Assembly: GCF_006345805.1 (NCBI RefSeq)
Contig: NC_043003.1
Location: 53,444,001-53,508,000, forward strand
Length of the DNA: 64,000 nt
From: Octopus sinensis
Taxonomy: Eukaryota
Direction of reading: 5' to 3'
Numbering within the stretch: position 1 is the stretch's first letter; the number at the start of each line of letters is the position of its first letter. Positions 39,401-54,106 of the stretch are shown here, piece by piece. Both the position numbers and the translations under genes were made by a program. A model generated the notes under the pieces. That model searched no databases, was not told where the DNA came from, and saw nothing but the letters and a program-made list of their open reading frames with translations.

Positions 39401-41443
39401 GAGATAGTCTCCATGTGCCACAGTACTGCACATCATCATCTGACAAATTAATGGAAAGTATTTCAACACTTTACTTCAAATAGCACAGATTGTTTTTGCC
39501 TATTATCTCTCCAGCTTTGATGAAACAATTACCAGTCATTTGCAAGAGTCAATTCAATTGACTATCTTCCTCTTGCAGATATGTGGTAATGTAAAAAATT
39601 ATTTCAAGGTGTAGAAAAAAACTACAGTTTGCTATGTCAAAGATGTGTAGCTCCCAATTCAATTATACTTAAAAAATAACGTATCATGTTGAGATGGAGC
39701 TCACAATTATAAGCTATAGATCACTGCATAATTAAATACTTAACATTCTGAGCTCCAATATTCATGGGACTGGATAAGGCAATGTGAAACCAAATCAGTT
39801 CTTCCCTTGAATCACTATAAAAGCATTTATATGTGATCCAAAAGTTTATGAGATGTTACTTTTAAAGTGTTAGGTCAGTAGAAAACTATTTAGAAAATGG
39901 ATTACTTTTTTTTTATTTAATAAAAGCTAAAATTCAATGAAGCTTAGTGAATGCTTATGCACACATGAAGGTGGAAGTAGAGATTGTCCAGTGGACAGAG
40001 TATGAATGAAAAGGAAGCAATTTAGGAAACAGCAACCACTATCAGTATCAATGTATGTTCCTTTCTATGAAAGTCTGACTACATCAAGAATGTATAAAAA
40101 TTGCAGTGATAGATGAAGACATGCAACAATTAGAGAGAAACATTTAACAGGGTCCATTGAAAGCAGGTTTCTAGCTTGCAAGAGACAATTACAAATGGGT
40201 TAAGAAATGGAACGAACATCAATGGCATTTACCAATATATGCAGTGGAGAAGACTGCAGCAATAGGTAGGTAAATGGTGGCAAAGCAACAACTTGATGGT
40301 AGGTGTTAGCCACAGAAGAGTAGGCTATGGAAGACTGAGAAAGTAATAGTAGAGCTAAAGAAAATGCCTGAGAAAATTGGGCTGCACACATAAAGTGACA
40401 CAAGATTGTTTCCGTGGAAATGTACCGCACTTCAGAACTATTCAAACCCTTCTTGCATAGAAAATCAGATATTTAGATGGTGATGATATACATATATATA
40501 TTTATATATATATATATATGTATGTATATGTATATTTATATTCCAACTAGAACCATATTAGCAGAGCATATTGGTATATTTATTCTTATCTCATTACCCC
40601 TTAACGTAGAAATTTATCTTTACGCACATTCCTAAATTCAAGCTCTGTAAAACCAAGCTTTTCATTTATCAAACAGCAGATTTTTTGCCTTAAAAATTGA
40701 AAAACCTTCATTTAACAATGGGAGAAAATCATTGTAATATACCAAATAAAAAGGGAGAACCTCATTCAAATCCAAATGAGTACATATAGACTTGTAAGCA
40801 TATTTTTTTTAAATGTTAAAAAAATTTAATTTGTTTAGTTCTTCCTCCATTTTTCAGTAAGAGTTGATGAGTCAATCGTTTTCATATTAAAGAATTTACA
40901 TTTTTTTTTTTTTACAGTCATGTTTTAATATAATTTGTATTCACATGAATTTGTTATAATGATTCATGGGCTCATATTTAGGTTATATAGTTCAAATTTC
41001 TCTTCCAAAGATTGGAAGAGAAACCATAGAGTATAAAGAAAACATTTGCTTTAAGAGAATATAGACAATATTTGATAGCATATAAATTTCAATGATTATA
41101 CAAACATACAAAATTTTACATATCAAAATGCACTTAAATATATAAACTATGCTATTTTTACTCATATATATATATTTATATATAGACATCTCAATAATAC
41201 TGGTCCCACTTATAGTAAACACGTTTATATATCATTAGTCTTGTATGTATGCACATATCATCATATAGGACAAAAATGTAGTTAAAATAAACCATTTAGT
41301 CACACACACACACACACATACACACTCATACACATACATTCATAGCAGAAACAACAATAACAATTTCCATTCAATATATATATATACAGACAAGATGCTG
41401 TGGCGATCCCAATTTCTTTCAGAGTTTGCTTATTGCCAATCAC

Positions 41444-41452
41444 TTACTCTTC
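41444..41452 (-). CDS. CORO7: CORO7 terminal exon (EE-stop)
   Basis: tttttatttcag|GAA GAG TAA. Confidence 0.75.
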   Translation of the reverse strand, partial: EE

Positions 41453-41742
41453 CTGAAATAAAAAGAGATAAATAAATAAATACATGATAATAATAATAAT
41501 AATAATAATTTTGGCACAGAGCCAGCAAGTTTAGGGAAAGGGCTACATCAATAAAATTAACCCCAACGTTAAACTGGTACTTATTTTATCGACCCCCAAA
41601 AAGATGAAAGGCAAAGTCAATCCTGGCGGAATGTGAACTCAGAACGTAAAAACAGATGAAATGCTAACGGTTCTGCCACCTCACCACCTAAATAATGATA
41701 ATAATAAGATGTGGCACACTAACGGTTCTGCTACCTCGCCTA

Positions 41743-41784
<42 letters not shown>

Positions 41785-44700
41785 ATATGTGGCAGCTATG
41801 AGAGTCAAACATGAAGGTTATTCCTATTGTCATAGAAGCATTGGGTTCAATACCACCCAATCTGAAAAAAACATCTGAAAACCTTAGAAATACCCTACAA
41901 TCTAGGTGTCTTGCAAAAGTTGGCATTGCTTGGAACTGTATGCATATTGTGTAAAGTACTGTCTGTCTGAGGTCTTTGTGACTTGACAAACAGTACAAAC
42001 CCCTGGTAGACACAATGTCTTCAATCAACAACCTCACGATATTGTATACTGTACGTCTTAAATAATATTAATAATAATAATAATAATAATCCTTTCTACT
42101 GGAGGCACAAGGCCTGAAATTTCTGGGGAGGAGATTAGTCAATGACACCGAACCCAGTGTTTCACTGGTACTTAATTTATCAAACCCGAAAGGAAGAAAT
42201 GCAAAGTTGACCTCAGCAGAATTTGAACTCAGAACATGAAGACAGACAAAACACTGCTGAGCATTTTAACTGGCATGCTAACAATTCTGTCAGCTCACCA
42301 CTTTAATAATGATAATAATAATAATAATAATCCTTTCTATTAAAGGCACAAAGCCTGAAATTTGGGGGGAGGAAACTAGTCAATTACGCTGACCCCAGTG
42401 TTTAGCTGGTACTTAATTCATCGACCCCAAAAGGATGTAAGGCAAAGTCGACCATGGCGAAAATTGAACTCAGAAAGTAGCAGCAGACGAAATACCACTA
42501 AGCATTTTGCCTGGCATACTAACAATTCTGCCAGCTGGCCACCTCATTGATAATAATAATAATCTTTTCTACTCTAGACACAGGGCCTGAAATTGGGGGG
42601 GGGGGGGACAGTCGATTAGATCGACCCCAGTACGCAACTGGTATTTAATTTATAGACCCTGAGGTATTTGTCTTGAAATAACATCATTTGGTCTGAAACA
42701 ACATGCTAGCCATAAGAGATATTATCTCAATACAAATATTACAGTAACTGGTTTTTCAACAATGTATGATACATAACGGACTATTTTAAATAACTGATAT
42801 GTTTTTTTTTATGGGGGTGTAGGGAGGGGGATTGTTCTGCTTATGGGAAATATAATGTATCAATAAACACATACCCATTCATCAGAGTCAACTCCTTCAG
42901 TTAAATCTTGTTCCAATGGGTCTTCTCTTACATCCAACTTAGATGTCATTGCTCCAATCAGCTAAATAAGATAAAATGCAAATCCCCAATCAAATAAGTT
43001 TTAACAAAGATAAACTATTTAACATCTATTGCAGAATGTCTGTTCTAGTCATAACCATGTTCCCATCTTCAGCATGCTGAGGAAGCTGCTAAATGGTTGC
43101 TTGACCTGCTTGAAATGGCAGCAAAATTTCCCTGAAAACATACCCTACCATCTTAAATAAATAAATACATAGGTCAATGTGCCTTAATCATTGAAATAAA
43201 AGAAGCACAAGATGGTCATGGTTAGTATGCTTTTTGATCATAGGTCTGCTCAATTAGGGTTGACCTGGGGTTAAACAACAACTTCACCCTTCCCTGTCCT
43301 GTTTTGAACAAGATCTTCAGATAACTATTTTAGATCATTATTCATTTCGTTTTATTTTATGATACTATTACACTGACTTAAAGTAAATTGTAACAGTACT
43401 CATTGAGAAATGTTCAAAAATGAAGAAATAACAAACAAAAAATGACAATGCCCCAGCATGTGCACAGCCCACTGACTGATACTAGTAAAAGAATAAAGAT
43501 AACTAAATTTAAAATGATGGCTCTCCTAAAGGTGACTATAGAAGTATCTTCCATAGGATGACTAAAAGCTTCTCAATAAAAATACTTAAAAACACCTGAT
43601 GGATTTCACCTATCTTTTAATCTCTTACTGGTTACAGTCAGTTAGTTGTGGCCATGCATGGGTGATCAGATATATTTCATCTAATTTACTCTTTAATTAG
43701 TTACACCCAGCTAGCTGTGGCAATGCTGGGGTAACACCATTCTACAAACAGAAAAGCTTTGTCAGTTGCTATCATAGCGTGTTAATTTTTTTTTTAATTA
43801 GGGAGTATGCATAATTATTGCAAATTATATGCAGGTTTTTTCCAATGAGTATAAAGTTTTATTATGGGGTTTCTTTAAATTACGCAAAGGTTATTCTAAA
43901 CTATGTTTTGGAAGCAACACAGTCACATTACATATGGGACAATGTAATCATTCAACATATTTAAATTTCTGCAAGCTGATGTGCTGCGTGTAGAATGTAG
44001 AATGAGAAATCATATAGTGACAGGAAAGTGTGGAGGTTCTATTAGTTAATTGGACTATGAAACAGATCTTTGTCCTCATTTCTCTTCTAATTTTTGTACA
44101 TTTTACACAACTCTCAATTGGTATATTTTCTAATTATTACCAAGGAACGACGACGCTTGAATATCTTTTTCACGTGCCACCGGCACAAGTGTCTGTAAGG
44201 CGACATTGGTAACGATCACGCTTGAATGGTGCTTTTTATGTGCCACCAGCATGGAAGCCAGTCAGCTGCTCTGGCATGATCACGCTTGGGTGGTACTCTA
44301 AGAGCTCCACTAGCACGGATGCCAGTCATCGAATTTGAATGCTAGTGGAGCGCTAAGAGCACGATCCAAGCGTGATCATTGGCAGAACAGCTGACTGGCC
44401 TCCATGTCAATGGCACATAAAAAGCACCATTCGAGCGTGATCATTACCAGCATTGCGTTACTAGCACCTGTGCCGGTGGCACATGAAAAGTCATTCGAGC
44501 GAGGTCGTTGCCAATGCTGCTAGACCGGCTCTTGTGCAGGTGGCATGTAAAAAACACCATTTGAGCGTGACCATTGCCAGTACCACCTGACTGGCCCTCG
44601 TGCCCGTGGCACATAAAAGCACCCACTACACTCTTAGAGTGGTTGGCGTTAAGAAGAGCATCCAGCTGTAGAAACTCTGCCAAATCAGATTGGAGCCTGG

Positions 44701-47700
44701 TACAGTCCTCAGTCAAATCGTCCAACCTATGCCAGCATGGAAAGCGGATGTTAAATGATGATGATGATATATTATACCCCTAGGCTACATTTTAACTCAC
44801 AGAGCTATTATTATGACTCATAAGGTGTCAACATTGTCATTCATTATGTCATTGTTCCATGTCAGTAATGGATGTCGTTACTTTTTTAGTCATATTAACC
44901 CAAAGTCTTCATTAGACTAACTAAACAGCTTCTCAGCTCTCTATAAATGACACCTTGACTTTCTTTGCCATATTTATCTCTGATTTTATGAGTAGCTATA
45001 AAGATCCATGCATTCAATCTTAACAAGAGGAAAATTTATTCCAACTTACCCTATGTAAAAAGGGTAATAGAACATAAAATTCAGATCAGAATTTAAAAAT
45101 CTAAGGAAAAATTATAATGATTTCTTGCATATTTGTAGATGAATACTTTGTCAAATTATCTCCAATACATGCCTACAAGTTATTTTATCAATGTCAGAGT
45201 ATTAAAGGCAATGCTAATTCCAACAGAACAGCATTTTGAAATGGAATGTAAAGAATCGAAACATTTAATCCAGTACTAATAGCATACTCGACTATTACTG
45301 GGATCACCAAAGTAGAGAAAAACATGATATTTAGTAAATCTGAATTTGAAAGGGGTCAGTGAATGGCATTAATGCAAAGGTTTAAGAAAATATTTCTTCA
45401 TTGTACACAGGGAAAAAAGTTCAGTAAACAATTGGCAAAGGTTTTTTAATGCTTCTTCAACAGGTTACAAGTTCAAAGATAATGTGCAAACAGGAGTAGA
45501 TCTCATAAAAAAATTCATCTTTTCTCAACGACACACAACTAAAGACTGATGTACATGCAAGGACAGTGGTGTTGTGAGGGAGAAGCTGTCTGACCTGGGT
45601 AACACTTTTAGATGGGCAGCACTTTTGGGCATGCTGTATAAAGTTGGGGATCAAAGGGGCAGGGGACAAACTCAAGGGCTGCCCCAGGCAGCATACACTC
45701 AAGCTATGCCACTGTGCAAGGAAGTTTATGAAAGGAGTGAGAGAATATTAGAAAGCAAAAGATTAAATTTTGGAAGTGTATTTAAGTTTACCCTCAAGTT
45801 CAGTCTAGAAACAAAAAGAAAACCGGAATTATTTTTCTTGAAATCAAAATATTTACATAACAAATAATAAAATTTATAAAGCTTTAAGATACATATATGC
45901 ATGTATGTATATATATCAACAGTTGTGTAGTCAGTAAATGCTACAAATAGATATACTCACTATTCCTATTTCCCACTTTTTGCCAAATTTTTAATATAAT
46001 TTCCAACCATTACAACCATAATCAAATTATGGGACTAACATAACAAGGGTAAGTTTTTATACATAAAATGATTCCTGTTGAAGCAGACCATTACCATGAC
46101 CAATGACCATCCAGTGACAATGTTAACTTTATTATAAAGTCTTGATCTTGACCATGTCTAACATGTAAATCTAGCTAAATGGCCAACTTATGGGCCCTTA
46201 TCCTCTTGTCTATAGAACCAAAGCATGATGGAACTTTCCCTGAGCCACATTCAGTTAAACCTGATATGCCCTAAAGTTGAATGATCTCCATCCCTCACTT
46301 CAACCTGTATGTCGACGACCTATTAGCCATCACCACCAACCATGCCAGTTTTATGCGGATAATATCACCCTTAAAATATCAGTTATTTACACACACACAC
46401 ACATATATATATATTATATAAAACAGTTACATTGTGGAAGAGGCAGTTAAACCACTATAAAATATACAAAACCTGTTACATTTACTTTCTTAAAAATAGT
46501 TTTGTCACACTTCAGTGATCTGATCACCCACACAGTTCTAGGAAATACAAAAGAATTATGTCAGTGATCAGGTCACAGAAAGGTAACAAATTTATGACAT
46601 TTTATGATAAATAAAACAATTTTTAAAAAAATACAAAATTGACTGCAACAGTTAGATGCTTTTAAACAAGTAAAATTACACTCCTGCATTGTTGTAATTG
46701 TTTTACTTTCAACACATAAACTCAGATCAAGTTACATACCAACAAGTACAACTCTAAAATACGTAAATATTATATATATTGATTAAAAGAAATTGTTACT
46801 TGCACTGTGTACAATAACATGTGAAATGACAATCAGAATATTTATTCTTAATGCATTCCAACAGATTTAAACACAAAATATACTTCTTGCTCACGAGACA
46901 TGTCAAAATACTGGTGTCCCAGAATCCCTTGCACCAATAAACCACGTGTGCCATGAACACACTGTCTTTATAGAAAGAAGTTGTTCTCCAGTGATATACA
47001 TAACTATGACTAGCATATTTTGTGTTTGAATCTGCCAAATCACATTAAGAATAAATATGCAAATCATTATATACATCATCATCTTTTTATGATATGCATG
47101 AGTTTATATATGTAGTTGTTGCTTTTGGCCACCCAAAATGTTACAATTGGTTTCACATCTGTTATTGATCTTAGCAATATAGGCAATTAATCAGACCTGT
47201 TGGCTAAAAGTACATAACTTCTTTACTAATCTGCACTAAACAATCTTTTTGTGTGCACTTTTTTCAGATTTATGAACAACTGACCAATCAAAATATGTGT
47301 GTGTGTGTGGAGGTGCAATGGCCCAATTGTTAGGGCAGCGGGCTGGTGGTTGAAGGATCGTGGTTTCGATTCCCAGACCAGGAGTTGTGAGTGTTTATTG
47401 AGCGAAAATACCTAAAGCTCCATGAGGCTCCGGCACGGGGTGGTGGTGACCCCTGCTGTACTCTTTCACCACAATTTTCTCTCACTCTTTCTTCTGTTGG
47501 CGTGCTTGCTTAGCCAGCTGGGTGGCATCATTTGAAGGCTAAAACAATGTGTAGCACATTGTGACTAGTGATGTATAGCAACATCTGATGGCTCGGTCAG
47601 TCACGTGATCATGTGATTATTTATATATATATATATATAAATGGTAAATGAAAGATGCAAGATGGAATATATGAGAATTTGGCATATGCATAACAATCAC

Positions 47701-47750
47701 TGTGAAAATGACCGTGCTTTACCAGTAAGCTACCAGGTGTAAACCATTTG

Positions 47751-47787
<37 letters not shown>

Positions 47788-50700
47788 AGGCGTTTTTATG
47801 TATACATACATACCTCCTTTTTCTTCATTTCATCAGTCTTGAAAATTTCAGGATCTGTACTGTCATACTTTTTTTGTTTAGTTGAAGGAGTTGGGGCTTT
47901 ACTCACTAGAAAAAAGATAGAAACAATTGTTATGATATATATTTAACTAATGACTGTGTATATCTTAAGAAATGATACAATTTAGTTGTAATATTTTGTT
48001 TTGGTTTCTTTTCTCCATGCTATAGGTAAAATTACTAAGCAAACAACATAAACAAAACAACTCTGAATGTTTTCTTCTAAGTCTACCTACCAATTTACAA
48101 TAATGCTTTACCCAGCTTGCATCCACCATTAACATCACTTGCCCAAACCAGTAAAGCCCTGTCTATTATTAATATCTGCATTTTTTATGTTCAATTGTTG
48201 TCTAAATTCACTTCCAGCCTTTCTTTTCACATACGAACATTGTACACCCATCAGATCATACATTTGGTTCTCCTCATGTGTTTTTGTGGGATGCCGTCAG
48301 CAGCTGTGGAGCTGACCGGAATTTGGGGCTGACTGGAAGAAGAAGAGGCAGGAGTGATGCGCGTGCAGGCAGGGGAGCATTGGCCCTTTTCGATCAGGGT
48401 AGCCGACAGAGCTGGACGTGTGAGCTGCTATTTTTAGCGTTCAGGTCGGGCCACGTAGAAGGGCACATTACTGCCGGAGAGGTCTGTGTCGACGAAGAGA
48501 AGGTAGGTGTCTTTATTTCAAATCTCCCGCATACACCACAGTTTTAACTGTTACTTAAACACCAAGTAGATCTCAGTTATAAATAAATTATGCAGACGTC
48601 ATCTTTTTTTTTCTAACCTTCTTTTTACTGGTTTCAGTTATTGGGCTGTTGCCAAGCTGGGGTTTAGTCAAACAAATTAACCCCAGTGGCAGTAAACAAA
48701 CCAGCACTGGTTGTCAAGCAGTGTGAGAGACAAACACAAAGTTACCCACACACACGCACATATATGAAGGGCTTCCACACGTTAAAAGCACTGGTGTTGG
48801 TGTCACGTAAAAAGCACCCAGTACACTTTGTAAAGCGGTTGGCATTAAGAAGGACATCCAGCCATAAAAAACCATGGAGCCTGGTGCAATCCCTGGCCTT
48901 ACCAGCTCTGATCAGACTGTCCAACTCATGCCAGTACAGTGAATAGACGTATGAGGATGAGGATGATGATTATTAAAAGTAAAATCCTTTTCCGTACTTA
49001 CTGCCATATTTTATTTAAATCTTAATCACATCAATATAGCTATTCCATAGGAATCGACATTACTACAGTTTTTAACCCCAGGTGGGGCTTGCTCCAGCTG
49101 GTTATCAATGCAGTCTGCACCCAATATATATTGCAAGCAGAGGAGTGAACCCCTACCATGTTCTAGCAGATAATGGGATTACCAGAATGTGTGGTTTTGG
49201 GCTATATGTGCCAGTTGAAATTCACTCATAAGGCATCGGTCACTAAAGTAGAAGACACTTTCCCAAGGTGCTGCACAGTGGGACTGAACTCAAAAACTTG
49301 TTGCAAAGCAAAGTTCTTAATCACACACCTATACCTGCACTAAAATAGTCAATAAATTCTAAATTTTATTTATCATAAAACATTCTAATGTCAAAATTTA
49401 ATTAAATGGATTTAAATATATTCTTTTCTATTCTAGGCACAAGGCCCAAAATTTTGGGGGAGGGAGCCAGTCGATTAGATCGACCCCAGTACACAAATGG
49501 TACTTAATTTATCAACCCCAAAAGGATGAAAGGCAAAGTCGACCTTGGCAGAATTTGAACTCAGAACATAAAGACAGACGAAATACTGCTAAGCATTTCG
49601 CCCGACATGCTGTTTCTGCCAGCTCACAGCCTTAGATTTGAATATATTAAATAAACTTTAGAACGTACATGATTCCATGTTGCCTGGCTTAAGACTAATT
49701 CTAGAAGCTTCGGCATCTACCCCACTCAGCCAATCAGAGCCACTTAAAGCTGGTTCCCACAACACTCTGGTATCAGGAAACAGATCGTCTTGAAAGAAGT
49801 TACTCTGGAAAGAATGAAGAGAAAAAGGAACATTTGACTTATTACAGTAACATTTCTCAGAAAAAGGCTAAGACTTCAATAATAATAATAATAATATAAT
49901 AATAATAATAATAATCCTTCCTACTAAAGACACAAGGCCTGAAATTTGGGGGGAGGGGACTAGTCGGTTACATCAACCCCAGTTTCACTTAATTTATTGA
50001 CCCCAAAAGGATGAAAGGCAAAGTTGACCTCAGCAGAATTTGAACTCAGATCATGCAGACAGACGAAATGCTGCTAAGCATTTTGCCACGCATGTTAAAA
50101 TGGTTTCAAATTTTGGCACATGGTCATCATATTTGGGGGAGGGGTTAAATTGATTACATTGACCTAGAAGTACTCATTTGGTGCTTATTTTATCAACCCC
50201 AAAAGGATGAAAGGTAAAGTCGACCTTAGCAGAATATGAACTCAGAACATAAAGACAAACGAAATACTGCTAAGCATTTTGTTCGGGGTGCAGGCCCCTA
50301 AAAATCCCTTGTGTATTATACTCAAGGGTGGACTATACTCGAGGATTTATGGTAAGTCTCTGGACTGTGGCCATCCTGGAATACCATCTTAAAGGGTTTT
50401 GGTCAAACAAATCAACACCATAACTTATTTTTATGTCTGGTGCTTATTCTATCAGTTTCAATTGCCAAGCTGTTAAATTACAAGGACGTAAACAAACCAA
50501 CACCTTAAACAAAGAATGAATGATCATGGCTTGAATGCCTTTGTTCATAGGTTTGCTCAATGAGGGTTGAGCTGGAATTGAACAACAACAAGAACATACC
50601 TTGACTCGGGGAACTTTAAAGGAGACGGGTTCTATATGTGTCAATAACAACCTCCATGCATGAGCAAATTCCACTTGACTAACATCACATGCAATCTTTG

Positions 50701-51236
50701 GCAAGAAAGATATGGCTTGGTGCAGATTACTGAACCGACAGGGGCTCAGTTGATTTAAGTGAGGAGCTTCATGTGTTACTTCATATGTAAATATAGTTCC
50801 ATCTCCCTGAAAGCAGAAAGGACAAGCAGAATAAATTATTATATTAGAAAACATAAGTAGATACAATTTAGAAATCATATAAGTTACAAATTCAGAAATA
50901 CCTGAGAAGGGTTCGATAACCAACTGGAGGAGGGTCCTCCTAGGGTTAAAAACAGTAGTAACATCGATTCTTATGGAATAACCATATTGATGTGGCAATA
51001 AACATTACTTCTCACTATCTCTCTTTTTTCTCTTTTACTTGTTTCAGTCATTTGACTGCGGCCATGCTGGAGCACCGCCTTTAGTCGAGCAAATCGACCC
51101 CAGGACTTATTCTTTGGAAGCCTAGTACTTATTCTATTGGTCTGTTTTGCCGAACTGCTAAGTTACGAGGACATAAACACACCAGCAGCGGTTGTCAAGC
51201 AATGTTGTGGGGACAAACACAGACACACAAACATAT

Positions 51237-51271
<35 letters not shown>

Positions 51272-53427
51272 CATATATATGACGGGCTTCCTTCAGTTTC
51301 TGTCTACCAAATCTATTCACAAGGCTTTGGTCGGCCCGAGGCTATAGTAGAAAACACATGCCCAAGGTGCCACGCAGTGGGAATGAACTCGGAACCATGT
51401 GGTTGGTAAGCAAGCTACTTACCACACAGCCACTCCTGCACCTATACTTACTACTTTCATTTATTACAGAAATTTTCTAACTAGCTACTTTGCTTGTTGC
51501 AAAATCAGTGACTGATTGTCACTTAGTTTTCTATATATTGCCAGCTGGAGCAAATTACTGCTGTCTCTAGCAGATGGGTGTTCACCACTGGCAACTGGCA
51601 CAAATAGCCCCAAACCATACATTCTGGTAATCCCATCAGCTGCTAGAACATGGTAGGGTTCGCTCCCCTGCTTGCAATATATATTGGGTGCAGACTGCAT
51701 TGATGACCAGCTGGAGCAGGCCCCACCTGGGGTTAAAAACTGTAGTAATGTCGATTCCTAAGGAACAGTTATATTGATGTGGCGGTAAACATTACTTCTC
51801 AGTATAGTAACTACTTTTATCTCTTTTGGAGATTTTCTAACTAGAGACTTTGTTCTGTAAAATCTAGCACCAAATTAACATTTGATGTAAAGAAATAGAA
51901 AGTTTGAAATGCATAAAAGGAGAATTAAGAAATAAATTGCAACTTACCCGTCCAGTAACAAATAATGTAGAGCTGTCTTCATCATAATGAGGAACCAATA
52001 TTGCAGGAGAAGAATCTAATTCAACTATGTCTAGTGGTGCTCCTAATTCCTGTGCATCATATAAAAATAACTTGCGCTGGCTCATTCTAAAGGAAAATGG
52101 AAAGAAAAAAAGGAAAATTCAACATCAAAAAAAGTTTGTAACAATGAACAACATACCTATAATTTAATTTGATTTGATTTTATTAATTTCATTTTGAGCA
52201 CTTTTTCTATAGGTTGGCTGGAGATGTAAATTTAGGCATTCTCATATATTGCTAAATATATCATTCAAATGGAAAAGAAGACTAAACAACTGAATATATT
52301 TTATATTCTTCATAAACTTCAATGCAACACATTGCTTGAAAAATACTGATCATCTTATATACCAAAAACTTAAAAGAAATTAGATTTAAGATTTAAATAA
52401 AATATAGCAGTAAGTATGGAAAAGGATTTTACTTTTAATAATCATCATCCTCATGTTCATCATTTAATGTCTATTCTCTGTACTGGCATGAGTTGGACAG
52501 TCTGATCAGAGCTGGTAAGGCCAGGGATTGCACCAGGCTCCATGTTTTTTTTATGGCTGGATGTCCTTCCTAATGCCGACCACTTTACAGAGTGTACTGG
52601 GTGCTTTTTATGTGACACCAGTGCTTTTAACGTGACACCAGCACCAGTATCAATTCTGTTGTGGTGGGTGGATCTTATTGAGTATGGACAGGTCAACAGT
52701 CATTGTTTCTGACTTAGGCACAAAGCCAATAATTGTGGACAGTTAAGGTCAGTCAATGCCATCAACTAGAGTACTTGATTGGTGTTTCATTTATTAATCC
52801 CAAAATTTTAGGCATTGAGTGCCTAAAAGTAATCCACATTCCAAGCAATTATTCTTTTTCTTCACCTTCCTACACTTAGCAACTTCATTAAAAAGATGAG
52901 CTGTGGAATAATTCCAAATAAAAAGTGATCATACCCACTTTTGCTGACCATCCATGCTATTATTGCAAGCCTTAAGACAAGACCCCTCCAGCTTCCCTTC
53001 TACATAACTTGAAATTCTGCATATTAGTCTAAGTAATGGCTGTGTCAATCTGATCAGTCTGGAGGGATGCAAATGTCATGAGCTCTACCTCTCCTTCTTA
53101 TATAATGAAAAAGTTATCATTTCCAATATCTAAAACCATTAACAAGCACCATCATCTTACTCAAAACCTAAAATTTGCCTTATTACAACATCAAAAGCAT
53201 GATTTGATTAAACTTCAAATAAAATTGAAGGGGAACATAATTTGAATTATAAATCATTTGATTTGATAAAAGTAAAATTTTAAACAATTACAACTTACTT
53301 GTCAAAACCAGTAGCAACAAGGAATTTGCCATTTAGAGTCCATACAACTCTGGCTCCTCGGCTTCCGGAAGGACCTGTACCTTCCTGCAGAATAAGAAAA
53401 TTACATAAAGGAAACCTTACTGTATGA

Positions 53428-53488
<61 letters not shown>

Positions 53489-54071
53489 TTATATTAGAGG
53501 ACTATTGACATATTATAAATTCATTAACATTATAATATAATATAATATATATATATATATATATATATTTATATTAGAGGACTATTGACATATTATAAAT
53601 TCATTAACATTATAATATAATATAATATAATATAATATAACAAATAATTAAAACAAGTATATATCCTACAACTTGCTTCGATTCATATCCTTTGATTGAA
53701 TAAATATATACATATATATAAAGGATAAAATTTTTTCTTTTAAATTTTATCAGTGGCCAGCATATAAAAATAGACTGATTAAGGTGAAATCATGTATATG
53801 ATTATAATTAAGAGCATAGAAAAATATTTTTTCAAGCCTATGTGTTGAAAAATGCTAAATTGTCTCACCACTTTAAAAATCACAAAAATACACAGGTGTA
53901 ATTTGTGATTTTTAAAGTGTTGAGACAATTTAGTGTCTATCTTCAGCATATAGACTTGGAAAAAATTTTCTATGCCCTTAATTATAATTATATATATATA
54001 CATGCAGAGAGAGAGAAAAAGATGGAGGGAGGGAGGGGGAGAGAGACAGAGAGACAGGGAAGATGTATATG

Positions 54072-54106
<35 letters not shown>

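Noticed and set aside
48285-48545. Telomerase RNA or spliceosomal snRNA
   Set aside because: No CUAACCCUAA template and no recognisable U-snRNA, 7SK, SRP or RNase P motifs
50444-50998. 184-aa stand-alone ORF
   Set aside because: It is CORO7 exon 50600-50806 read through into flanking introns
53470-53640. 80-bp perfect tandem duplication
   Set aside because: Bounded by (TA)n; likely slippage or an assembly artefact
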